A stretch of 63,200 bases of DNA, the filler included, from Octopus bimaculoides (lineage: Eukaryota), in the NCBI RefSeq assembly GCF_001194135.2. It is 3 parts of 3 records of this genome, joined end to end, with 100 filler letters (N's around TTAATTAATTAA, not from the genome) between each part and the next. Parts side by side here need not be neighbours in the genome. Positions count along the whole stretch, not along the records: positions 31,472 to 59,743 come from NC_068983.1; 2 more parts are not named here. The stretch is one strand, 5' to 3'. This document shows, piece by piece, positions 37,493 to 50,118 of this stretch (positions are counted from its first letter, which is position 1; each line of letters begins with the position of its first letter). Under the pieces are notes generated by a model. The model ran no database searches. It worked only from the letters and a program-made list of their open reading frames with translations, and was not told the origin of the DNA. The position numbers and the translations under genes were made by a program.

Positions 37493-37813
37493 TTGGGCTG
37501 GCAACTAAGTTCCCGCGGTTTTTTTAAATTTAAACTTTTTAAAAAGGTTTAATAAAAAATAATAACTAATTAATCAATAATGTATTCACCTTGTTGTTTA
37601 CAACTTCTTCCCAACGTTCAACAAGATTTTCAATACCTCGTTGGCAGAAATCACCCGATTTCGGCTCGAAAAATTGATCCAATCAAGCTCTCAATTCTGC
37701 ACCAGTATTGAACGAGACTCAGCGCATAGCATTTGAAGGAGATCGAAAGAGGTGGAAATCCGTTGGTGCCAAATAAGGAGAGTATGGCGGGTGTGGCAGC
37801 ACTTCCCAACCAT
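37493..37813 (-). mobile_element. mariner (DD34D-type) transposon 3' end with TIR; remainder in gap
   Basis: GWEVLPHPPYSPYLAPTDFHLFRS...RGIENLVERWEEVVNNKGEYIID* (one frameshift near the C-terminus) matches HPPYSPDLAPSD.HLFR. TIR TTGGGCTGGCAACTAAGTTCCCGC preceded by TA at 37491-37492. Confidence 0.85.
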
Positions 37814-38724
37814 NNNNNNNNNNNNNNNNNNNNNNNNNNNNNNNNNNNNNNNNNNNNNNNNNNNNNNNNNNNNNNNNNNNNNNNNNNNNNNNNNNNNNNN
37901 NNNNNNNNNNNNNNNNNNNNNNNNNNNNNNNNNNNNNNNNNNNNNNNNNNNNNNNNNNNNNNNNNNNNNNNNNNNNNNNNNNNNNNNNNNNNNNNNNNNN
38001 NNNNNNNNNNNNNNNNNNNNNNNNNNNNNNNNNNNNNNNNNNNNNNNNNNNNNNNNNNNNNNNNNNNNNNNNNNNNNNNNNNNNNNNNNNNNNNNNNNNN
38101 NNNNNNNNNNNNNNNNNNNNNNNNNNNNNNNNNNNNNNNNNNNNNNNNNNNNNNNNNNNNNNNNNNNNNNNNNNNNNNNNNNNNNNNNNNNNNNNNNNNN
38201 NNNNNNNNNNNNNNNNNNNNNNNNNNNNNNNNNNNNNNNNNNNNNNNNNNNNNNNNNNNNNNNNNNNNNNNNNNNNNNNNNNNNNNNNNNNNNNNNNNNN
38301 NNNNNNNNNNNNNNNNNNNNNNNNNNNNNNNNNNNNNNNNNNNNNNNNNNNNNNNNNNNNNNNNNNNNNNNNNNNNNNNNNNNNNNNNNNNNNNNNNNNN
38401 NNNNNNNNNNNNNNNNNNNNNNNNNNNNNNNNNNNNNNNNNNNNNNNNNNNNNNNNNNNNNNNNNNNNNNNNNNNNNNNNNNNNNNNNNNNNNNNNNNNN
38501 NNNNNNNNNNNNNNNNNNNNNNNNNNNNNNNNNNNNNNNNNNNNNNNNNNNNNNNNNNNNNNNNNNNNNNNNNNNNNNNNNNNNNNNNNNNNNNNNNNNN
38601 NNNNNNNNNNNNNNNNNNNNNNNNNNNNAACCTCTTTGGTCAAAGATTTTAATATCACGGGAAAAAAATTTAACGGCTCATGGAATTGAATAAACTAAAA
38701 TTCCCTATTTTTAGTGAAACACTT

Positions 38725-38740
38725 TCTGTCTGTCTGTCTA

Positions 38741-38771
<31 letters not shown>

Positions 38772-38880
38772 GTCTGTCTGTCTGTCTGTCTATCTGTCTG
38801 TCTGTCTGTCTGTCCGTCCGTCTGTCCGTCCGTCTGTTTCTCTGTCTCTCTGTCTCTCTGTCTCTCTCTCTCTCTCTCTC
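38725..38880. repeat. (TCTG)n/(TCCG)n/(TC)n compound microsatellite
   Basis: Direct reading. Confidence 0.9.
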
Positions 38881-39073
38881 TTCACCCTTTCCATGGATAT
38901 CTTTCTATGATTCTTTCCTTTTCTGTATTAACATGTAACAATGTGTGTGCGTAATTAGATGCAAGTACAAATATATCTATATGTAAGGGTTTCTAATATT
39001 TACATTTCATAAATACATACATACGTAGCACACGCGCACACAAACGCACATACAAGCACACGGACGCACGCAC

Positions 39074-39077
<4 letters not shown>

Positions 39078-39140
<63 letters not shown>
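39078..39140. repeat. (AG)n microsatellite
   Basis: Direct reading. Confidence 0.95.
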
Positions 39141-39146
<6 letters not shown>

Positions 39147-39836
39147 GAGAATGGGTAGAGTACAGTACGAAAGATGACATTAGACAAAAGACCAAGAATA
39201 ATCTAAACAGCCTCATAAATTAGACTGAAAAATCAGATATAAAAGTGTGGGGAAGCAGCAGGAAGTGTTTATACAACATGTATGCGTATAAATATGTAAA
39301 AGCAGAGAGAAAGAGTTCCAGCTATATGTGTATTATATCTTTATAAATAAATATATATATGTGTGTGTGAGATGCGAGAATTAAAATGGAGGCTAAATGA
39401 TGCTGACGCGAGATAGGAGATCTCCATCGAAGAACGCTGTAAATGTCAACTTTCATTGACTTACCTTAACTAAGCAATGGCGACTATGCAATGTTGTTAT
39501 CTCCCCTAGTTTGTTCGTTACAACCCCACCCCCACCCAAACCACCCGCATTCCCATTTTCGTTTAACTCTACTGAATCCTTTCATCTCTTTCACCATTTC
39601 TCATATCATCCAACTGCTCCACAGCTATTTCTACACACCAATTCTTCGTCATGTTGTTCTTGTTTTGAGGACTGTAGTCGTTCTTGTTACTTTTTCCTCG
39701 TTCTCCTCCTCCCATCCTTCTTTATTTTCTTCTTCTTCTTCTTCTTTAATTTTATTTACTTTTTTCTTTTCTTCTGCTTTCGTTTTCTCCTTATCCTCAT
39801 TGCACAACTTCAATTACATTTCAGAACAACAAAATT

Positions 39837-39837
<1 letters not shown>

Positions 39838-39898
<61 letters not shown>

Positions 39899-39910
39899 TT
39901 GATGCTGCCG

Positions 39911-39963
<53 letters not shown>

Positions 39964-39988
39964 GCTACTACTGCTACTTCTACTACTA
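39838..39988. repeat. (ACT)n-(GCT)n-(ACT)n compound triplet repeat
   Basis: Direct reading; produces poly-L and poly-T/A ORFs in the track. Confidence 0.95.
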
Positions 39989-40205
39989 AAGCTACTTTAT
40001 TGTTTTACTTCTTTTGCTTGAACAATATATTGTACAAGCCTTATTCTTCCATTTTGCGTTTTTACCGTATCTTCTTAATTATTAGCCCGCCTCGATACCC
40101 TTCTTTATCCTTGAATTACTATTACATTAATGGAAACCTTATCAGTGAGTGCGTGTGTGTACATATATATTTTTTTAAATACATATATGTGTAATACCTA
40201 AATGT

Positions 40206-40590
40206 GGAGGAGCGATAGCCCAGTGGTTAGGGCAGCGGACTCGCGGTCATAGGATCGCAGTTTCGATTTCCAGACCGGGCGTTGTGTGTGTTTATTGAGC
40301 GATAACCCCTAAAGCTCCACGAGGCTCCGGCAGGGGGTGGTGGTGAATCCTGCTGTACTCTTTCACCACAACTTTCTCTCTCTCTTACTTCCTATTTCTG
40401 TTGTACTTGTAATTCAAAGGGTCAGCCTTGTCACACTGTGTCACGCTGAAAATCCCTGAGAACTACGTTAAGGGTACATGTGTCTGTGGAGTGCTCAGCC
40501 ACTTGCACATTAATTTCACGAGCAGGCTGTTCCGTTGATCGGATCAACTGGAACCCTCGACGTCGTAAGCGACGGAGTACCAACAACAAT
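40206..40590 (+). mobile_element. SINE type C, full length
   Basis: GGAGGAGCGATAGCCCAGTGGTTAGGGCAGCGGACTCGCGGTCATAGGATCGCAGTTTCGATTTCC...GGAACCCTCGACGTCGTAAGCGACGGAGTACCAACAACAA. Confidence 0.9.
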
Positions 40591-40633
40591 AGCTAAATAT
40601 TTCTTCTCTTTCCGTTTTGTTTTTCCTATTAAT

Positions 40634-40671
40634 CCTTTCTGTCGAAGAGCGGAGGCTCGAAACCTCAAAGG
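40634..40671 (+). ncRNA. Minimal type-I hammerhead-like motif (variant core)
   Basis: CCTTT-CTGTCGA-A-GAGC(GGAG)GCTC-GAAA-CCT-C-AAAGG. Helix I (CCTTT/AAAGG) and helix II (GAGC/GCTC) pair perfectly; core deviates at A6 and at the G of helix III. Confidence 0.5.
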
Positions 40672-40799
40672 CTTTACCATTCTTCCTGGGTGTTAACACA
40701 ATACACTTGCTCGTTGTTCCTTCACCTGTCTTCGTCTTTTATTTTCTGAAAATCTGAACTATATATATATATATATATATATATACATACATGCATACG

Positions 40800-40849
<50 letters not shown>

Positions 40850-41567
40850 CACGGACACGCACATATATACGCAAATGTCGGACAATGAGAATGTGTGCTC
40901 AACACCGCATTGGTGGATAAAATTTCTTTATTTTTCTATATAGGTATGAAACCAATGGTAGCCTTAATACACACAATCACACACACACGCACGCACACAT
41001 ATGCTATGATACTGAAAGGGCAGAAAATCGGAGTTGTTCAAATGCACTTCTTACCCGGAGCTCTAAACCCTTCAATTAAAGTATCACGGAAGATCGAAAT
41101 CCCGTCCGTGTAGATAATCCATGAATCACACCGGCAAATCTAAAGTGTTATTCGAGTGAAGAGTAAAATATAAAGAGTTTAGCATGTCTTTAATGACTAG
41201 ATACAATTGTTTCCGTGCTATTCTTTCTTTAACGCCATTGCACGTAAAAATTTTCATGTGAAAAGTTGCGTAATATATTCGGTTTCGTATATTTGAGTGC
41301 CACTTCATCAGACTTATATTACACTGTGCTACTCTTAAACATTATATGTTGTTTATATCGAGAGAAAACAATAAGTATAAAATAAGATTAAACATGGTAA
41401 GAGGACAGGACATATATAATTGTAATTCCATATAAGAAAAAGGGGGAGGTGGAAGTGGAGGAAGTGAGGAGGAAAAGAAGAAGAAGGTGAAAAGGAAGAA
41501 GAAAGAAGAAGAGGAGGAGGCGAAAGAGGTGAAGACGAAGAACTAACATGATGGGCAAATGTCTTCT

Positions 41568-41645
41568 ACTATGATCTGGGCCGACCAATGCATTGTGAGT
41601 GGAATTTGTACACAGAAACTGAAAGAAGCCCATCGTGTGTATGAT
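41568..41645 (+). mobile_element. SINE type A middle fragment
   Basis: TGGGCAAATGTCTTCTACTATG...GGCCGACCAATGCATTGTGAGTGGA...GAAACTGAAAGAAGCCCATCG. Confidence 0.7.
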
Positions 41646-41696
41646 GTGTGTTTGTGTGTGTGTATATATATGGGAGAATTTACGAAAAAAACAACA

Positions 41697-41796
41697 GACG
41701 AAGACAGATGGTGTAGACAACAAATGGATGTATTAGTTTAACGCTCGGGAATAGAGAAAGTCTTTAACGTTTCGAGCTACGCTCTTCAGCTGAAAG
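41697..41796 (-). ncRNA. Second copy of the hammerhead-bearing short repeat
   Basis: Minus strand CTTT-CAGCTGA-A-GAGC(GTA)GCTC-GAAA-CGT-T-AAAG...GAGCGTTAAACTAATACATC...CTGTCTTCGTC; homologous to about 40634-40740. Confidence 0.45.
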
Positions 41797-42359
41797 CAAC
41801 ACAGAAAGAAATGAGAGAAACAAGGAGAGAAAAAGTGTAAATGTAGTGGTCAGCGATCTATCATATATATATGCATATATATATATATATATACACATGT
41901 TGTCCAAAAGTCACCCGACAGTAAATCAAAATTCCATAAATCTGGGATTCTGTATTGACTCGAATGAAGTTAGAAATCAATTTTCAGAGTCCGAGACTGG
42001 TGGGATTATGAAAGGGGATTATCTTCAAACTAGAAATCAGGGTTGAACGATTGTACATCTAATGACCAGATGACACATTAAGTTTACCAACCAAGAATTC
42101 AGAACACAAAGAGACGGAAAGAAAAACAATGCCGCGAGTCATCTCGTCTGACATTTTAGCAGTTCTCCCGATTTATCATCGAAGGATTCTTTATATTATC
42201 GATTTCAAAATGATCAAAAACAAAGTTAACTAGTTGATCCTAACAGGATTTGGATTCAAAGCAACAGAATAGAGAGCTGAAAAAAACAACGATCAAACGA
42301 CTGCGAATTCACGTAAAATTCTGAAGCCAAACAGTCGCTGATGTAAATAATATATTTCT

Positions 42360-42565
42360 TTTCTACTTCAAGCACAAAGCCTGAAATTTTGGTGGGAGTA
42401 GGGCTAGTCAATTACATCAACCCCAGAGCTCAACGGTACTTATTTTATAGACCCCGAAGGTATGAAAGCAGAGTCAATCTCGGCGGAATTAGAACTTAAA
42501 ACTTAAGTCGAAAGAAATGTTGCTATGCATTTTGTTAGATATGCTAACGATTGTGCCAGCCCACT
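42360..42565 (-). mobile_element. SINE type B
   Basis: TTCTACTTCAAGCACAAAGCCTGAAATTTTG...GACCCCGAAGGTATGAAAG...CTCGGCGGAATTAGAAC...GCTAACGATTGTGCCAGC. Confidence 0.75.
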
Positions 42566-43443
42566 TATTGGACATCATAAGCACCTGTTTGAAGCAGTTA
42601 ATAACAACAGCCTACTCAGAGGACTTGAACTCTCTATCCATGGTTTCTTGTTGGACCATGGAATCCGATATGAACTATTTTATTCAATTTTCAAGAAATG
42701 TTTTCTCGGTAACCCAGCTCGCGACAGAAAGTCTAATTAGACTTGTTGCTATTTCTCTCTTTCAGTTTGCTGGTAATATTTAATATTATGCACATAAACA
42801 ACTTGAAAGATAATTCATTGTCATTGATGCAATTACTGTTGTTGTTGCTGTTGTTCCTGTCTTTTGGCTTCAGATCATAGGTCTGATCAAACAGGCCAAT
42901 GACTAAATGCATTCTAAACGTGACCATCCTGACATTTCCGTTGTGCCGGCAACTCGGAACAATCTTAAACAGAGTGGCATTTTCTGAGACGGGGAGGGGG
43001 GTGTCTCTGATTTGAGAAAGATGTGGCTGCATTTGGCAGAAGAACGCAAGACCATATATAGTCACCTTTTTCTTGATACGTCCTTGAAGTAATTCTACAT
43101 ACGAGTGAATGATGAACAATAAATGTGGATACGAAACGTAGAAAGTGTAGGCTTCTTTTTTTACAAATCTTTTAGAAACAGCGTAAACATTAACTGTACA
43201 AAGTGGAATGTGGCCAGTCTCAGAGAAAACTAGTGGTTGGAATATATAATTGACACACGTTCAGAGAGAACAAACATATCTTGGAAACGACACTGAGAAA
43301 TCTTGCAATGGTAATGACGGTTCAGGCAAGTCGAAGAAGAGTGACCGAGAAAGTTCAAGTGGGAAATCCCGAAGAACTCATTAAGTCTAAAAAATTGTTT
43401 TACACTTTAATGCAAAATCTATAAACAATAAATCATTCAGTCT

Positions 43444-43660
43444 GAGGCGGCGGGCTGGCAGAAACATTAGCACGCCGGGCGAAATGCTTAGCGGTATTTC
43501 GTCTGATTTTACGTTCTGAGTTCTAATTTCGCCGAGGTCGACTTTGCCTTTCATCCTTTCGGGGGTCGATAAATTAAGTACCAGTTGCGTACTGGGGTCG
43601 ATCTAATCTGCTGGCCCCCTCCCCCAAAATTTCGGGGCTTGTGCCTTGAGCAGAAAAGAA
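43444..43660 (+). mobile_element. tRNA-derived SINE type B, full length (best copy)
   Basis: GGCGGCGGGCTGGCAGAAACATTAGC (A-box-like)...GAGTTCTAATTTCGCC (B-box-like)...GGTCGACTTTGCCTTTCATCCTTTCGGGGGTCGATAAATTAAGTACC...GTGCCTTGAGCAGAAAAGAA. Confidence 0.85.
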
Positions 43661-43792
43661 CAAATCATTCAGTCTGCATTGCTATATTTTGATTGTTCAT
43701 TAATTAATCTTTTATATGCATTTGGTGCACACACGAACACACATACGCCCACACCGTCACACACATACGTACGTACACACACACACACACAT

Positions 43793-43834
<42 letters not shown>

Positions 43835-44923
43835 GTGTGCGCGCGTGTGTGCATGTGCAAGTAAATGTATATAAGTGCGTATGTTATTTTGTGTCACTCT
43901 GCGCATGTGTATATTTTGTGCGTATGTAGAAAGAGACAGGAAGACGTAGGTGTATAGAGCAATTCTGTGAAACACAATTGGTCTGTATGTAATATAGTGA
44001 ATTTGGTGCATACACACGTACACGCACAGCATGTTTATGCATACAGATACACACACACTTGTGTGCATGTGTGTGCGTGTTTGTGTATGAATAAGTGTGT
44101 ATGTATATCTATATGAATTTATGTGTGTATGTCTATATGGAGAAAGAGACAGCAAGACGTATGCATATAGAACAATTATGCATAACGCAATTGGTCTGTA
44201 TGTAATTTCGTTACGTACAGTTGGTGTATATATAGTTATTTTTATGGGTATTTGATCTATGGAGAATTGTGTTAGAAACATTTGATGTGTATATAATTGT
44301 GTTAAGTATGGTCGGTGCTGAAAACTGATATCTCCGTATTAAAGAATATTAATGTAGACAGCTGTTTAAATGGGTAAGTTTGTGAGAAAATCAACTGAAT
44401 CTTCTCAATATGATGTTAACAATTAACCCGACTTTCATAGATAAAATACACATTTATCAAGTAAACCACTGCATTTGTCAGTTAGCTATCTAGACTTCGA
44501 TTTGACAAGCAACAGTTACAGGGGAATATTCTTGGCAGTTTACAAAAACACACACTTTTCTTTTTCTATGTTGGGGAGCAGGAGAGTTACAATAAACGAA
44601 GGAGGTTGTTGGCTTCACATTTGTCAATTTATTTATTTATTTGTTTATTTAGATCGTATCACATCGACGAACCAGGTTTGTATCGTCTGCTAATATCCCT
44701 GATCTTGTAATTCTGCATTATTCAAATGCTCAAAGATGATGTAAGACAACTGTCGTTAGCTACAAGTCAAATGTGATCGAGTAGATTTATGAACAAAAAT
44801 CTTTCCATATGTGACCATCATGATATATTTTTATATATACATATATTTCAGACACACTATATCTAGGATATCACCTTTTCAATTTGCTCTTTCATTTTAA
44901 GCACTTGAATTTCACGAGACATA

Positions 44924-46178
44924 CAGGGGCTGGACAAAATTATGGAAATACCTAGCATCATAGCATCATAATTTTGAAATAACTATAAAACCGTCAAAAT
45001 CTTGTTTATTTTTATGTTTATTGATTTATTATTAGTGTTGCTTAATATGTTTTGCTAAAATTGCTGTTTCTTTTCAGATATCATAAAAAAAAACGTAATT
45101 AAAATCCATTACAATGACAGATCTATCGGACTTTCAAAGAAGTCAAATTGTTGGTGCTCGTATGGCCGGCGCTAGCGTAACGAAAACAGCCAAAATGTTT
45201 GGTGTATCAAGAAGAATTGTCTCGAAAGTAATGGCAGTCTTTGAGAAAGGGGGAAAATCCTTCTCGTCGAAACAAAACTCCGGAAGAAAATCAAAACTTT
45301 CAGATAGGGACCCTCGAACTCTTACGGGAATTGTTAGAAGGGATCACAAAAATACTTGCTCCCAAAATTACTACAGAGCTTAATGACCACCTCGAGAACC
45401 CAGTTTCCACAAAAACTGTTCGCTGGGAGTTGCACAAAGCCGGCTTTCATGGGAGGGCTGCAATCAGAAAACCACTACTTCTAAAAACAAACGTTGCAAA
45501 GCGTTTAGAGTGGAGTAAGAACCTACAGAATTGGTCCCTTGAGCAGTGGAAGAATGTTATTTTCTCGTCCGAGTCATTCTTTACCTTATTTCCGACCACC
45601 GGTCGAGTATACGTGTGGAGACAGCCAAAAGAGCATATGATGCTGACTGCCTTCTTCCAGTTGTTAAACATGAAGGAGGATATGTGATGATCTGGTGGGG
45701 GCTATATCTTGGAAATCCGTCGGCCCAATGATTTCCCTTCATGGGAGAATCAGACAAGACTATTTAAGCATTTTATCTGATCAAATTCATCTTATGGTTG
45801 CAAAACTGTTTTCGTGCAGAAACGCAATCTTACAGGGTGATAATGCAACAATTCACACAGCTAAAGTTGTTACTGTTTGGCACGAGGAACATTCTATCTG
45901 GCCACCACAGTCCCAAGATCTCAATATTATTGAACATTTATGGTGCATTTAAAAAAAAAAAGTAAGGGGTCGATATTCTCCACCATCAGCACTCCAAGAA
46001 CTGGAGACTGTTTTAGCTGAAGAATGGACAAAAATTCCTTTGAAAACAATTCAAACTTTGTACAAGTCCTTACCTCGTAGAATTCAAGCTGTAATTACTG
46101 CCAAAGGCGGTCCTACCCCATATTAAAATAATTTTGTTTGAAATTTTAAGGTGTTTCTATTATTTTATCCAACCCCTG
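44924..46178 (+). mobile_element. Full-length Tc1-family DNA transposon (1255 bp)
   Basis: TIRs CAGGGGCTGGACAAAATTATGGAAATACCT and, as reverse complement, CAGGGGTTGGATAAAATAATAGAAACACCT. TA at 44922-44923 on the left; TG then TA on the right. Confidence 0.93.
45114..46126 (+). pseudogene. Tc1 transposase pseudogene (several frameshifts)
   Basis: MTDLSDFQRSQIVGARMAGASVTKTA...GRKSKLS...GRAAIRKPLL...WKNVIFSSES...GDNATIHTA...WPPQSQDLNIIEHLW...RIQAVITAKGGPTPY*. First catalytic D is replaced (SSES); second D to E spacing is 30 as read. Confidence 0.92.
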
Positions 46179-46465
46179 TGTATTTCACTGGTCTTCTTAG
46201 AGGGTCAATCGATCATATAGATGTTACTTCGTTGGCAGGTAGTGAAATACGTTATGTTTAGATGTTCAGAGTATGTATAACCAGTTTTTTAAACAATAAA
46301 ATATAAAGGGTTGCGTCCCGTGTCCATAACCTGTTTTCTTTCAGTTTCAGATTTAAATACTTTATTCCATCCACTCACTTATTCTATCAGGAAATCTAAA
46401 TTTGATAAATTATCTATTACGGATACAAGATGCTTTTGCAACGAATGTGAATTAGAACATCCGAC

Positions 46466-46885
46466 CTAGCTTGGATGTGTTGCTTATAACGCCTTAGACA
46501 ACTGTAAACGTCCAGAAAAATTATTCCGTGCAGACGACACAAATGCTTAAAAAGCAGCGAAATTCTATTTTCGACTGACGAAATTCGTCTAGCAAACCAG
46601 CGGATTCATGATTTCACCAGAGCGCGGATCATCTACGACAGTTACCAAAGCCGAATGCTAGACGGGAAATCAGTCACACCGGTTTAGAATAATACAGGCC
46701 AAACAACCAGGGGTGTATGGAAAATCTGGTGAGCTGTGCATAAATTAACTATTAACTTAGGTTGGATGTGTTGTTTATAGCGCCCTAAACTACTGTAAAC
46801 ATCCCAAGAAATGCTAGAATATATCAAAATTCTCTTACCGGTTGAGGAAATTCGTTAGCAAACCAACGAATTTTATATTTTGACC
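46466..46885. repeat. Diverged direct repeat, two copies about 291 bp apart
   Basis: TTGGATGTGTTG(C/T)TTATA(A/G)CGCC...CTGTAAAC and GAAATTCGT(C)TAGCAAACCA(G/A)CG occur at 46466-46618 and 46757-46885. Confidence 0.7.
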
Positions 46886-48933
46886 TTAACTTTTCTTCTG
46901 AAAATTGTGTTTCATTTCTGAGAGTAAAGTCCTTAAATGGTAAATTTTGAGAATGACTAGCTCAGTTCACCCAACACCTTGCTCCGTATTACACATGGTG
47001 AAATATTCAAAGGTGCTTCAGAGAATCTACGATATCCATAACATTGCAGAAAGTACATAAATAAAACAATAAGCAACTGGCGACCCACGGAGTCAAAGAG
47101 ACAGAAAATGTTTGTACATTTCTATACTGTATATCAATTTACACTTGAAAGATGTGAAATAGAGACGGATAGACCCACGACGAACTAGAAAAAAGAATTT
47201 ATCGGAGAGTTGTTCAAATTTAATGCAGTGAGTAGTGTTAAATATAAGGCATCGGTCGTTTCTCCTCATCTGAATGGCAGGGAAGAAGTGATGTTTCCAC
47301 TTGGGCTGTAAGCAAGTAAAACCGTATTACTGAAATGAAAATAAATTAGTTGGCGATTTTATAGTTATTCCTCTACTTACATCAAAGACTCATTTTAAGC
47401 AATCGATTACTTATTTACTACAAACAGATAGTCTTTGAAATTAAATGTCAAGTATATTGATCAGAGACATAATACTGCGAATGAGACATGATACGAACCA
47501 TCAATATCTCACAATGTCACAGTTACGCTGTCCACTCGGCTGACTATATCGACATTCCTTGTGTACCAAGAAATAGATTATTGAAAAAAAAGTTTCTCTT
47601 AAAGAAAATCCTTACTCTTTTCCCCAAATTTTCAGATAGTTCACATAAAGCATTTATATAAATCATACACTAACAACGAACTGAAAGAGCCTCTATACTG
47701 TCCCCCAGTATGTTGGAAAAAAGAACCTAGTCACATTTTTCTCATATCACTATCACCCATAATGTAGTAATTGTATATACAAAAAAGAATGTAGTAATTG
47801 ATATACAAAAAGAGGAGAAAGTCACGGCTAGAACGTCTTTGATCACAGATCTGCTATTAAAATACAACTAGGTAGCAAAACAAATTGACTTATATGCTTA
47901 TGGTCATGTAATCGTTTGATGAATGTGCTCCAGCATGACCAAGGTACATATACTGAAACCAATAAAAGAATATCTAGATGTGTTTTCTGTATTTAATTTG
48001 GTTCATCTCAGTTTTCATATATGACCGACATCACCGGTTATTCATGTGAAATCGATAAAACATACGTACCAACACGATCATTACAGCTTGCTAATGGCTG
48101 TTCTGCCTTGGCAACGATATTATCGCAAATAACATCGAAACAGAAAAAGCCTCCTTTCAGATGTACATTAAAAACATTTTAGCGATTCATGTTTCATGGT
48201 TCAACTCCTACTCAAGACCACTATATAAATGGAGTCAGTTATGTTGTGTATATTAAATGATAGAAAAGGAAAGTTGTTATGGAGTATTGATGAAATCAGG
48301 AATATCCGTCAAAATATCCTCTCTTTTACTGTTTCTCATTAAAATGACGTGGTTTATTGATATATTTAATAAATCAGCTCCTATGTCATCTTATGTCGGC
48401 TACCATGTGGATTATTTAACTCAGATTGCAGGACAAAACAGTTAACTCTACAACGATATAATGTGATGAGACATATTCTGTCATATTGGCGAATAAGTAG
48501 ATAAATACATAGATAGTTAGATAGATAGATTAGATGAACTGAGAGATTAACATAAGGGATTTCTCATATATAGATATATATATATATATATATATATANN
48601 NNNNNNNNNNNNNNNNNNNNNNNNNNNNNNNNNNNNNNNNNNNNNNNNNNNNNNNNNNNNNNNNNNNNNNNNNNNNNNNNNNNNNNNNNNNNNNNNNNNN
48701 NNNNNNNNNNNNNNNNNNATATATACATATGCGTAATCATAGTGAACTGATACTGTATGCATACCCTAATTGAACCAGACATCTCTAGTGCAGCAATCTC
48801 CTGACTGCGTGTTAATATAGATTATCATTATTACATTTTTATACATAAATTCCTGATTTTGTATTTATGTTTGTGAATGTATATATATTACTCAATATGC
48901 ACAATACATATATATATATACATGCATACATAA

Positions 48934-49003
<70 letters not shown>

Positions 49004-49459
49004 ATGTATTTAAGTATATATGTCTGTATACTGAGTAATTGTGTATATAGTGCAAGCACACGTATATACACACATGTTGATATACGCACAGAAACAGCAT
49101 TGCTGAATACTTAAGAAACCCATTTCCCAATCATGAGTTCACGGGTTCATACGCATGAAAAGCTGGAAAGTAACTTTTTAATATTCTCTCGGGTCGATAT
49201 AACTCGTGTGAATAAAATTCGGTAGTGACGGAAATTGTGTGGAAGCCTGCCAATGGACTGCGCTTTTAATTCAAAGTTCAAGCCCTTTCGCATTATGCGT
49301 CACGCTGGTTCTGCATTAAGATTACTTTAAAGGAACACATGTTCGCGAAATACGCAACAACATATATACTAATCCAGTGATAAGATAATGAGAACGTAGT
49401 TAATTGCACGACTATATAGGCATTGTCGAACACAGCGAAGATCCATTTAAATGCGTGGT

Positions 49460-49492
<33 letters not shown>

Positions 49493-50078
49493 NNNNNNNN
49501 NNNNNNNNNNNNNNNNNNNNNNNNNNNNNNNNNNNNNNNNNNNNNNNNNNNNNNNNNNNNNNNNNNNNNNNNNNNNNNNNNNNNNNNNNNNNNNNNNNNN
49601 NNNNNNNNNNNNNNNNNNNNNNNNNNNNNNNNNNNNNNNNNNNNNNNNNNNNNNNNNNNNNNNNNNNNNNNNNNNNNNNNNNNNNNNNNNNNNNNNNNNN
49701 NNNNNNNNNNNNNNNNNNNNNNNNNNNNNNNNNNNNNNNNNNNNNNNNNNNNNNNNNNNNNNNNNNNNNNNNNNNNNNNNNNNNNNNNNNNNNNNNNNNN
49801 NNNNNNNNNNNNNNNNNNNNNNNNNNNNNNNNNNNNNNNNNNNNNNNNNNNNNNNNNNNNNNNNNNNNNNNNNNNNNNNNNNNNNNNNNNNNNNNNNNNN
49901 NNNNNNNNNNNNNNNNNNNNNNNNNNNNNNNNNNNNNNNNNNNNNNNNNNNNNNNNNNNNNNNNNNNNNNNNNNNNNNNNNNNNNNNNNNNNNNNNNNNN
50001 NNNNNNNNNNNNNNNNNNNNNNNNNNNNNNNNNNNNNNNNNNNNNNNNNNNNNNNNNNNTATATATATACATACATAC

Positions 50079-50118
<40 letters not shown>

